64,000 nt of DNA from Raillietiella orientalis (taxonomy: Eukaryota): contig JAYWIR010000036.1 in the NCBI GenBank assembly GCA_036172245.1, positions 1,922,001 through 1,986,000 on the forward strand. Reading direction: 5' to 3'. Shown here piece by piece: positions 52,084 through 64,000 of this stretch. Both the position numbers and the translations under genes were made by a program. A model generated the notes under the pieces. The model had not been told where the DNA came from. It saw nothing but the letters and a program-made list of their open reading frames with translations, and ran no database searches. Numbering within the stretch: the first letter of the stretch is position 1; each line of letters opens with the position of its first letter.

Positions 52084-52780
52084 GTTTATTACCCGGTTGC
52101 ACCGGGACGTCTATTAATGATATTATCTGGGAACTGTGTTCCCAGGCAAGGGGAACAGAAGATGGGGAAGAGGGTTCCCGGCACGCAGGCCGGGCACACT
52201 GAGAGTTCGGAACGGGAGGGAGGGGACAATAAATAAATAAATTGGGAGGGAGGGCGGGGACAGGGGTCTGCAGTCCAGCCGTTCCTATTCTCAGAACCGG
52301 CGGCGAATGCCGCCAATCTCCGTCCTCACTTCTGCTCGGAGGTGTGGCCACCCGGCAGACAGTTGCAGGTTGCAGGCTGCAGTGTCGGGGACCGATGTTG
52401 GGACTGCTCGCATCTGCAATACGTGGCGGGCCCTGACAATGGCGCGGACGCAGCAGATGATTGCGACGACCGCTCCAAGAGATAGGCCACCACGCGTGAA
52501 GAAGCGGCGCATCCAATCGAGTGCGGTGTGTCCGGGGTGCAGGAGCGCTGAAGACAACCGCCGCCACAGCTCCTGGAGGGCACCGCACTCAAACAGCAAA
52601 TGCGAAAGCGATTCCACCGCTCCGCATTGGGCACAGTTCGGGTAAGCAATTTCCCCGGAAATCAGGTGCGCCCGCTGTTTGCAGTACAAACCCCAATGCA
52701 CCAGCAGAAAAGCGTCCTGTTTCCACCGAAGGGGGAAGCTCAGAGGGTGGTTGAGCGTGCGGCCGAAGGCCGCCTCGACT
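52084..52780 (-). mobile_element. 5'-truncated L1/Tx1-type element
   Basis: LRWKQDAFLLVHWGLYC...CAQCGAVESLSHLLFEC in ORF 52291-52824. Terminal motif at 52084-52115. Confidence 0.9.
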
Positions 52781-54557
52781 CTGCGTCGGGATGAGTGAGG
52801 GGCTGTTGTTTCCAAGGTGCCCAAAGGATGAAGCGCCTGCTGTAGCTGAGAAGACTTTCTCTAACGACGGCGGCCTGGAGTACGCACACATTCGCCGACA
52901 GGGAAAGCTCAAGGGAATGGGAAAGCGTGCTGCGTGCACTTTGGTGCGTCGCATGCGATGTGGAGGGCGCATCACTGAAAGAATGTGCTCTGTGCACTCC
53001 TTGCGTGCCGATATGAAGTGCGAAGATGCCTTCGTTGCTGTGGTGCACACCATCTGCTGGCGTGTCACTTCCTCTTCCTCTGAACCCAAGGAAGCCCAAA
53101 CGAACGAGCACGAGTATGAGTGGTTCATAACGAAGTCACTTTCATTTCGCGGCAGCCGCGAACGACATTCTGCTAGGAATGCAGGCCTCCAACGATCATT
53201 TTCCCTTCGGCGGGATGGAAGTCCGTTGGATACTTCTCCAAGAAAAGGGTTCCCAATGCTAGCTGATCCTTTTCCAGCTTGGAATAACCTTGGACCAGTA
53301 TTACGCATAGATCTCCTGCACCACTCCTGGATTCCACCTGAAACTTCTCTCCCTCGTGTTCTCCCTGAAGACGATGTGTTCGTTTACCTTCCTCGTGTAC
53401 TCGAAGCCACTGAAGCTGAACTGCCGATTTCCCATGACGAAGCTGAATTCGGGAACATCCTTAGCACTGGAACAAGGTATCTATGTCATCTTGTGAAAAT
53501 AGACCTACGAAATCCTGTAACCCACCTTCATGAGCCGTCCACTCTTATCCGCATTCGTTATCATTTCAGAGTATTTGCGGTACGCATTTACAGGAAGAAA
53601 GAGACAAGGATCGTCGAAAACGAAAGTTACATGACAACCGCGTTTGCAGAGTTTTTTTGGTCCCATGTTCGCCCTTAACAAAGGTCATGTCAGTGATCAG
53701 CAGCTTCTCTGCATAACTTTTTGGAATCACTTACTTGTCTATCGCGAAGACCCAAGACCACTTCTCTGTGGTATCCATTGATAGACTGTTTGGAATGCTC
53801 TGCTGCCTTTGCATCCCTATGGACAGTTTTCCAACTTCGTGGTTTCTGCTTGGCTCACTGCAAGGAGCGAATCGGTTAGAAGTAGCAACAGCAAGCAAGT
53901 CATCATTAATTATCTTTTAGTGATATTGAAATCTACAAAGATCCGAGATGGGAGCCATCGTTTTAATGGTGTCTAGAATTTAACACGAGAGTCAACGCTG
54001 CCTGCCAACAAGCCAACATTCTCTTAGGCTAGACAACCAGACCTCGCCTCCGTCCTCTTCTTGTTTCGCAGCTCGACTGATGTGCAACAAATTGCAGGTT
54101 GTCGCAAATGGTGCACAATGCAAGAACTGCCTTTACAACTCTTCAGCCTCTTCAAGGGCTACTACATAGAAGGATCTGTTCGCTATGCCACCCAATCCTC
54201 AATGAGCAAACGTGCTGTTCCCATCGATCACCACGCGCTAGCCGATGGCTTCCCTTCACGCACGGTTGGTCTTTGGAACCGATTCAGTCTCGTGAAGACA
54301 CGATCTCCGCACAAAGCATTTTTCACGCCGACCAATAAGAATTTCCAATTTTTTGCCTGCCAACGGCTCTTGGTGCGCGATCAAGTACCACCCACGCGTG
54401 CAAGACGTTGCTACACTTTCCAACTGTTTGCTTGTTTGGAGTGTAGCAGCTAACTGCCACCGTGAGGGAGCTCCTTCATGAAGATCGACGACCTCGGCCG
54501 CTTCCCGAATGCCACCGATGGAATCCCTTTCTTGGTATCGGGAAGTGTCGAGAAGCC

Positions 54558-57500
54558 ACGAGAGAAAGCACCCCAAAGATGAAGAAATGGGGAATCTGTT
54601 GGCGGTGCTCTGCGTTTCGACAAGGGTTTTGACTTTTTTGCCTTGCTTCAGATCAAAAGAACTCAGCAGGCAGATCCGTGATGAGCCTCGCATCCAGATG
54701 TGCACAGTGGCGGAACCATGGCAACAACCGGGTTCCCATCGTGCAGATGTGAGAGAATGGAACGTGCCGGTGGAGAGTGAGAAAGAGAATAATCCCGTGG
54801 AAAATGATTCCCCCCTTTCCCCCGAGTTCAGATCACGCGAGGGTACAGAAGGGAAAAGGCAAATGGGAGGAGCGATTCCCTTCATTGCCCTCTGGCGGTC
54901 TTTGCATTTTGGTGGACAGGGCAGGTGGAAGGTGCCTATGAAAATCCGAAATGGTCAGAAGGACAAAGGATCATAAAACATGGCTCTTTATGCGCGTTAT
55001 TGGTAATCCGTATTTATATGTGGAAAAAATATTTTTGGAAGAATATCCAAAGTAAATGCAAAAGTTCATTATCTAAATTTACATGTAGAGCCACTCACAA
55101 AGTTATTTTAACGTACACGTTTATTAACATCTATTAGAATACGTATTATTGTTATAAGTAATGATGAGCACATAATGCATTTCATCCTTATCTTCATCTT
55201 TATACATCAACATATACTTACAGGGCACCATGTGGTATAAAGATGATGGAAAAGAATACAAATGCCTATGAAGCATTTATATGGCGATATTCGTGCAAAA
55301 TTATGTTAATCAATGTAATTAATGATACATCTTAAACAATATATATATAAATGATGATAAGACACAAATACATGTGTTTTCTTATGTAGTGGCATGCATT
55401 TCTACACACGGTAAATACGTATGGAACGAGTATATAAATATCGAGAAAGAAACGCGTCCATTGATCGAATGATGCAGATGCTGAGAATGGGATCCGCCAC
55501 TTCCTGAGGCAGTTTCACTCGTGGAGGGCTGGAAATGAGGAAGATGAAAGACCAGAGTGGTTAATTGGTTTTTCAGATTCCTTTGCATTTAAACATTCCT
55601 TTCGCATTATTTCCATACGTCCTCATTGTTTTTTTTGTAATTCGATATTTCCATGTGCGTTTCATATGTATGTATCACATATGCAAACACACATAGTAAC
55701 CCTACGTATAGTATGAATCGGCTGAGGAATTAAGGAAAGGAGAAGTGTTTGTGGTACTTCGACCAGGAGGGGTGCCGTACGTTAGGTGTGTCCTTTCCCC
55801 CTTCGTATACGAGAGACGTTTCCTTTCAGGACATCTCTTTGCGGAAGTGTAGGAAAAACGGATCGCATCTCGAGCGCTTCGGTGAGGGATGAAAGCACTC
55901 GTGTGAAGAGCGGGTGCTTCTTTGTGGGAAAGAGAGATTTTTCGTGAGCATCTCACCTGTACAGGAGAAAATTGAACCTCAGGCCTAGAGGATAAGGTAT
56001 CAGCTTTTCGAAATGGTCCAGAAACGCTGTCGATGAAAGATCCTGGTCCCCGGCAGAAGGGCCGAGTCCAAACAACCCATCCAAGCTTGTAGAATAACCT
56101 TTCTTGTCAGCTACGCTCCTTCTGATTACGGAGAAAGAAACATCCTTGAAAGTGTGGCCTGCGACCTGGAAGTACAGGAAAAGTGCATTCTCCTGCGAAA
56201 GTAATCGAAATGTTCCAAATTTTCAAATGAAAGCTTGAAATTGCCCAGGATAGCGCCTCCCGAAAACAGGAGCACAAATGCTCATGCGCTCACGTGATTC
56301 GAACACCGCTCTCTGACAGGAAACGGTTCCGTGTGTTGAACAGAACACCACGGAAAATGCGCCATCTTTCCGTTTTGGGGTTTGAACGCTTCGTCCGCCC
56401 TACATATCCAAGCACTCGGTGGTGCATTGGAACCGGATTTTTCAGTAAAAAAGTTTGAAACCCCAGAGTCACAAAGAAAGCACCAATTCCCGCTACATCA
56501 TCACCAGACAACGCAATCTAAGGGAAATCCTGATGGGTCCTGGACTGCATGCATCACAACGATCACAATGATCCCCACGAGAACGCACCCGAATTTTTTC
56601 CTTCGCAATCTGTCCCACTCCTAGGTCATTTTCATCAAGCTGCTCCTGCATGAGCGAATACGTGTCCGAATTGGACGTGCTGTATTTATTTGTGCGGGTG
56701 TTTCCTAGAAAGCAAAATTCGTCATCATCTTCATTTCTATAACGTGAATGAGAATACCGTTCATAGATTTAGCGGAGTCATCCGAAATAACCACAAGATC
56801 ACGCCTTTGTGAATTCGGAAGGAGAAGAGCAGTTTTCTGGGGGTGTCCAATTTTCACCTTCAAGTAGTAATTCTGAAACAAAAAGAACAAAGTACAGTGG
56901 TAAATTGCATACGGATCTCACTTGGGAACTCAGTCTTCGCGAAAGTTCGCCTTGGGTCTTTTCGACCATACACAAGACATCGCGCAAGATATTCCCCTCG
57001 CGGTACCTTCATGATTCCTTTCCCACCCCTAAACCAGACAAGGGAACGGCCCCCGAATGGGTCATCCTCCACACGAAGATCACTGGATTTTCTATGATCT
57101 GCATCGGTGAGAAAGCCGTCCCGAAATTCCTTCCTGGGTGGCGCGACATCCTCTCAATGAGAGAGAGTGGACTGAATGCACCAAAGCGTCCACATAGCCA
57201 CGTCGTTGTCCACGCTGGGGACCATACTTTATTCTGCAAACAACACCCCTGCATTGGGCGGCTGCTGCGAAGTCTCGGAATACCCCTCAGGCCACCCTGG
57301 GGCTCCACATCAGTTCTCATGAAACCGACGCACCCATATCGAAAGGGAAAGCCGTGTGGCTGCCCCCAGCAACGACGGAATGTCGTCAAGGATGAAGCGC
57401 AAAGCCCACAATGTTACCAAATGGTGCTTTCCTCCGCTCATAACGATGGTTATGAGGCTCCCAGATGGATACTTCCAAGCTGCCTCCAAGATGGATACAG

Positions 57501-60500
57501 CTTGGAAGCCAACTCTGCTGTTGGAAGGACATGCAGCCCGGGAGCTGCATCTCTGCCTGTGCTCGAACGCACTGCTAAAACAACTCACCGTGCCATCACT
57601 GAAGACGGGCATTTCGTACTCCTTGGCTCGTCTTCTTGCTTCCTCGCACGTGCATGGACATCTGCAGTCAAATTCCACTTGTTCATTGACAGCGCGCAGT
57701 AACTCCGACTTCTTGGTGGGCCTTGAAAGATGAGAAGACCTGATAAAGTGAGGAGGAAACTAAGGCAGTTAGTTCCCAAAATGTGTTTTCTCTGCAGAGA
57801 ACGATCTTCAAGCAAAGCATAGAAATCACTTGACACTCTTCTGTTTACGGAAATTTTCTCCTACTATAAAGGAAGCAGAAATGCATGCAGTTTGGCTTCC
57901 AATCACAAGAAACAATCGCACACCCAAAGAACCTTTTCCAAGAAGTATGACACAGACTTTCCACCAAAAATGAAGCACAGAGCTGTACCTCGCAGCTTCT
58001 CCGAAAAAGTAGCCAGCATGGGCCAAGAGGAGTCCCAGGATGAGCTTCATCTCCAATCTGCTGGTGCTTGCTTAGCTCTTCCTGAAAAAACATATGGATG
58101 AGGATTCTGGAGAAGAGGGCTCGAGTTGTCGGCTTCAAAGGAAGCATCCTGCGAAGCCCCATGAGTAACGGCCCAACAATCTGCCCAGAGGTGCCACCCC
58201 GACCTTGAAAGTTTCACTGCACGAATGACTTCGGCTCCCAGCACGGGACAAGTTGCCTCCATCCGAACTTGCAGTTCACCTTGTTTCCGAATCTGCAGCA
58301 CTCCTCTCAGATGAGCGAAAGCGTCTTCGGGAATCGCGTCGTCTGCAGCGCCACCCGGAAGACTGCTCTGCTGGTACGCGCGAAAGAGGAAAGCATGCTG
58401 ATCAGCCGGCGTGGGACGAACGGCGACACGGTGTCTAGCATTGTGTGGCATTTTCCATCTCAACCCTGTGTCGGTGCCCTAATTCGACCAGCGACCTTGC
58501 AAGCGCTCCGTCAATTGCAGTTTCTCCGAAACAGAGCTTCTCTTGAGGACGGGATGTATTCCCGCTCTCTATGCGCAAATCAATAAAGAGGGAGCGACAG
58601 TTGGTGCGGATACCCCCTGTCAAGAAGGCGATGTTTCGAGATCGTTTTTATAGATGAAGCTGACTGGGTCCATCTCCTCATTACTTTCACTGGCAGTGCA
58701 CAAAAAATACCATCAGCCCGAGACTACAGATCCCTTTCTTAAAGCGATGCACCCTGTTTTGCGCACAGCACGCTTCCTGCTTATCCACCAAGCTCGATTT
58801 GCAGCGTTTCTTTCACCTGCGTCCACCTTCTTTTGCATGGTAGCCGCTGGAGGGAGTTGCTATTATTCGCACACGTGAATGCCGATCCCGCCATTCTGAT
58901 TGAAACTCCTGGAAAAGTAGCGCAGTACTCCATTCAGGTTCAGACCCACCCAAAGATGTGACTTCGTCCTGGTCTGGCTATGAGTATATGTCAAATGACC
59001 ACATGAAAGGTTCACCTCATTCTTTTTCTGTTTTCTAAGGACTTTCCGTTCAGTTCATTGATCTTTGAGGGCTATCAATTCGTGCCCTTGCCGCTGTGTT
59101 GAACTGCAGCGAAGTCTAAAATCGCTCACTTAATGTCCTCGTCATCAACTGTTATCTATTGCGCTTTGCTTTTCTTTCGAGTCTCTATGGCTCGTAGGTT
59201 ACTCGTTCTGACCGCATAAAAGCAGAAGGCTGGGATCCATATTTACCTGAGGAAAATTTTGCAGCTACCTGGTTGACCGAGATGGGTAGATGCAAGGGGC
59301 GATCTTCTGGAACACTCGGAAAGGATGTCCGAGAAGGATCTTCGAATGGAAGCAGAATGTCCTCTGGTGGAGCACAGATGAAACTCGAAGGATATTGGGA
59401 GAAGGTTGTCCCGAGATGAGCTGAAATGGAGAAGGTGCACCGTTTTGTCATCTTTCCGCATCTGATGATACCAATGGGAACTCCGGGTTCGGTTGCCACG
59501 TTCTGCAAGTGCATGCAGCACCTGGAGGCAACACCGCATTTGGCCGCATTCATCTCTGGAGTTGCTATGCGCGAGTTTCGATCAAATTCTTCTCCACACA
59601 TCGGACCGCTTTCGCTTAACATCGAAGTCTTGATGGAATTCAGAACTAGTTTCAGTGCACAGGAATTCCATGTGGATGAAGACCGCTGTTTATGGGCAGA
59701 GGCAGAGAATAGGAATAGCTCATACTTAAATCGGATGTAATCGATGTGAGCGATAATTGCGAGTTTCTCAATTCAGCAGTTTCTCTCAGCAGCCCTCCTT
59801 CTCTATGGGCAAGGAAACCCTCGGTTTCAGCTTTTGGGGGTCGCCTTCGTACATTTCTGGACGCTATTTGACGTGCCCCAATGGTGCCCTGCAATTTCGA
59901 GGGCTGATATCTCTGTGTGTTCATTCGAATGCGAAATCCGAATGCTCATGATGGTGGTATATTGCGTTGGGTCAGAAAGTCTCGCTGGTCGACCCTCATC
60001 ATGCACTGACTTTTTGCTCTTCTCATTGACTTGGCACAAACACGTTCTTCAAGAGTTGCTGTCGAATTACTTTCGGTATATCTTATGGTGGAGTAGGCAG
60101 TTTCTTTTCAGGGATGCGAGGAGTTTGTTGATCATCGGCGAGCGTTCGACAAGAATTAAGTTCAGGAATCCCCCATCATGGAGATGAGTTGTAACCATCT
60201 TTAGCACAGGCCTTGCATGTGTCTCTCCACCATCAACTCAACGTTGTGTGGTGTCTAATGATCAAGAAGATACGCAACTCACTGCTGCTGTAACAATCTT
60301 AGAGGAGCGCCCAGATGTGGACCATCCCATAGCGACCACTAATAAGGGACGCTCATTTGCGGAGAAAGCACATGCCTGGAGAACATTCCACATTTACTTC
60401 AAGAGAAGAAACATCTTGTGGCTTTATGAATGTGTGGTGGGTTAAAAAAGCGAATGGAGAGAGTGACATGTGCCCAAACTTTCTTTAGAGCACCACGGCA

Positions 60501-63500
60501 ATACTTTAGAGAGGAATCGAACCCACCGAAACCAAAAGTCATTATTCGAGCAGCGAAAGTCGCTTTTCTGAGAACGCCTTCCATATCTCTTTCATCATGA
60601 CAGCAGGGCAACCACCTGATGGAGCTGCACATCTTCCGTGTGGGCTTCCTCGTGTCTGCAATGACACTGCTTGATGACTACCGTCGTCCATGCGAATTCC
60701 TGTTCTGCACATGCATACGTTCTTTGTACACGCCTATTTCTATGTTTGTATGCGTCAGCTCTGCGTGTTTTCCAGTGTCCGTTTCCACATTTTCATTGGG
60801 ATTTTATTCTGGATTCCTATTATTCCTCGAGTGAGAGGCATTTGCGAGGGCGTGCACAAATCAAATGCCAGGAAAGATTGCTTCTCAAACATGGGAGCGG
60901 CTGGAAGTCTTTCTACAACATTCAGAGTGGATATAAACGGCCTAAAAGAGTGAGCCATGTGCAGACACGAAGCGATACATGAAATCAAAGTAAAAAGTAT
61001 CACCCTGGTGCATGCTTGGAGCAGCCCTGACCAGGGCCAATCCACACTTGTTGGCTTTGATGCAAAGGCAAAGAATCACTGGCTGCAGAATCCGCTTCCT
61101 GGAGAGCTTGATGGCAATCAGGAAACAAACCCGGAAGCTCACAGTAGGACTCTTTGTCTCCACAGCATGCTCTACACTCCCTAAGATACCTTTTGGATCA
61201 AACTCCCATCGCTTCGAGGCCACCTATTTCCCACTTCCACCCAGGAGCCCCTCTTAAAACTTGAAGATTTCTGCATCTTCTGGCAGAATCCACGTTTAAA
61301 GAAGAAGGGTCCATAAATTCTTAGGTCAGCATGGTGTTGCACGCTTTCAGCATTTCAGCACTCCTGTTGACCAGATCTGCTTCCGGCTGCAGCAGATGTT
61401 CTCTGATGACGTCGTCCGATCCAACCATGAAAAGAATAAAGAACTCTCTCTTTCATTGCAATTGCAGGCTGTCTGCTATTCAGCATTCGACTCAGCGGCT
61501 TGTTCCGCAGGTGGACCGATCAAAGAGGTCAGTAGCATTCAGCCATCCATTCAAAACCTCGAGACATTGGACGGTTCCAGAGCATCAAGGCTTGATAATG
61601 CCCCGTCCACATCCCACCGTGATCGCTGAGATAACACAGCCACAGGGTTTTTCAGAATCAGAGCCACAGCAGTTTTACTCCGAGGTCAAATTTCCGTTTC
61701 TGAGTCTCCAGTAGCGTCGAAGTACGCTTTTCGAGCGCGAGTCTCGCGTGAGATGCAGCACATCATTCACTGCCCCACCCAAAGCAAAGTGCAACTGCAG
61801 AAGTCAGTGCTGAAGAATGAAGCAGCAGCTTTCCATCGGAGGTATCCAAATGAATCCGCAAACGGCGGTGCTTTTTAGATTCAGTTCCAGATGTTGCTCT
61901 CCAGCGGATTCCTATGGTGAGGTTGAACCTTTCACCTCAGTGCTGCAGTACATCTCTTCCACACTCGCAGGGAACGTTCTTCGTGCATCGGACGCGCAAC
62001 CCGTTTAGCACCTCTGGACGCCGTAAGTGCAGTGTACCAAACACCGGAATTTTCCTGCTGTCGTCGGTACACTGTGTGTTTCGTCAGCTATGCCTGCTCA
62101 CTTGGGTCACATCCACGCAGAAGGATTTCAAGTGAATCCGCTGACACCTCAGCGATGCGATCCACTAGTGAAATGAAAAGCCGTCATTTCGGTTATGTAT
62201 CAGGGTGGTCACAGCATTTCCGTTCGACGTCTGCGCCGATGAAGATTGTAATGAAGGGTGTGATGACATCCCATCCGGCCAGAGGGCAAGGTGCAATGAC
62301 GGTGTTTCTCCTTGTGGCAAGCAGGAGAATGTTGCCACCTCCCATTCGAAGGTGGTGAATGTGCAGCCTTCATAGAATGGAAGGAGCGTTTCAGCGTGAG
62401 CAGCGCTCGCAAACCTTACGAAACCTCCATATTATATGCTGACCGCAAGAAGAACTGCAATGAAAGCAAACTTTCCTTTCCTCTGAGCAGAGGCGCCCTG
62501 TAGTGTTCGTATGTATGCACCGAAGGCAAGCAATGCGTGGTCCATCGTGCGTCTCCACTCATCACAATGCTCGTGACTCCTTCCTGGCGATCAAGAATCT
62601 CTCATAACTCAGTTCCGCATAACTCTCAAATCCCTTGCTTTTCCCGACTTCGAACATGGAGTCTGTTGATCGTGGGGACCTCAGTCCCGATTTGTTGTTT
62701 TATTTATGCGTGTCTTCCCGGTTTTCCTCTGTACGATTTCAGGTGCGCACGCCCAATGAGATTGCAACGCTGTAAGAGGATCATGTCCAACTCCGTGTCA
62801 CCGGGAACACTGCAAGGGATCCTTTTCCTTCTGTGCATGCTATGAGTTCCCAGTTCTCGCATCATCCCTTCATCCCAGCACTTCTTGTGGCTGAGGAATA
62901 CGGGCGATGGTCAACACTGACGCAGCATCTGACCACGCAACTCTTAGGCTGTAGAGGTTCTGCGCAAAATTTGTTGGAGTTTTTCGACTCGGGCTGCTTT
63001 GAGCCAAAGAACTTCCGCTTCAGATTGCGTGTCAAAGTGTGCACTTTTGTCGCTTGCTGCGGGATGGAGTTTGCTGTGCCCAAGAAAACGTCGAGTCCAT
63101 CATTCTGTCCGGGAGTGACGTGCGAACGAAGAAATGACGTCTGCACATGTGTGTCTTTGATGCTACCGACATGGATGACGTCAGGGATGTTTCCCGTTTA
63201 GCGGATATCTTTGGGAGAATTCTCGATCATTCGATGCTTCGTATTAAAAAATTTAATTCTCTGCTCGGCTTCGAAGAGATCTGTAGGGCAGATATGTGGA
63301 ATTTGCAAAGCTGCTGCATCGCATTGGAATATTTCTGTTGGTCTGAGAAGTAGCTTCGAATCTTTGATTCTTTTCTCATTAGTGTATGGTAATTCTTCCA
63401 AGGAACACACCCTGTTAACCTCACAGCACGTGAACAAAGGTCGTTCCATACTTATCCATTCATCTGTTGGAAATGTATTTTTCTTTCCCTCTTATCTTGT

Positions 63501-64000
63501 GCATTTTTAGAGGGAACTGCAGAGGTTCCTACACGATAGGTAACGTGCCACTTTCGTAATTCAATGTGCTCCTCAGCTCCAGAATTCAATATGATTGGCA
63601 GTCTCTCACGCTCGTCGACACGTTTTGAATCATTCCCATCGTTTCTTGGGAAACTCTGGGAATGATTCAAAAAATGTTGCTCTTCTTTCTTGGGAAAGAC
63701 GAAGATCATTTTTCACGATCATTTGCATCAATTCATTCAGGAAGAGATGTCACGACGAGCATCGGCAAAGGTTGCTGAGAAGGTTTGCTTTCGTTTGCTT
63801 TCAAGAGGAATGATGGGATGGAAGGAAATTCTTCCAGCAAAGGCGCTGTTTTTTTTTTCTCGGAAGAAGTTAAAGAAATGGAATGATTGACGCAACCGCA
63901 AGCTGCGTGCTCCATAGTTCGGGTCATCATCAAATTTCTCTAAGACTGGCATCGAACCACATCATCCTTGAGTGCCAATGGATCATAAGATTTCGTATGA
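54558..64000 (+). repeat. Segmental duplication, copy B (runs off the window end)
   Basis: Direct-orientation paralog of 1-~12030. It lacks the MITE at 430-1200 and the ~7.1-9.4 kb block of copy A, and has ~60.55-62.3 kb that copy A lacks. Confidence 0.95.

Noticed and set aside
52791..53678. 295-aa plus-strand ORF
   Set aside because: No recognisable domain and it begins at a retrotransposon edge; cannot be supported without a search.
56809..57702. 297-aa plus-strand ORF
   Set aside because: GTG start, the paralogous frame in copy A has stops (3877-3879 and ~4012), and no known motif.

Overview
Eukaryotic, probably animal, genomic DNA; no prokaryotic operon, rRNA, tRNA or CRISPR array was seen. 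One recognisable host gene lies on the minus strand: a two-exon CCDC34-like gene (42016-43147), with a dead partial duplicate near 15.6-19.0 kb. About 15.8-52.8 kb is dominated by fragmented, nested L1/Tx1-type non-LTR retrotransposons (ORF1 with a CCHC knuckle; ORF2 with APE endonuclease, RT and a zf-RVT-type C-terminus) from several divergent lineages. Positions 1-~12.0 kb are duplicated at 54.6-64.0 kb as a patchwork of near-identical and strongly diverged tracts. There is also a pogo/Tigger-like MITE. The most notable signal is the 3' terminus of the retrotransposons. They lack poly(A) and end in a conserved bipartite module: a covarying hairpin, an AT-rich spacer with AATAAA, then a CCCGG-N5-CCGGG hairpin. 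The terminal hairpin is present in 9 copies, plus 2 variant ends. The elements prefer AC(T/A)T(C/T) targets and twice insert antisense into the same short window of their relatives. All homology calls are by-eye motif recognition; no database search was run.
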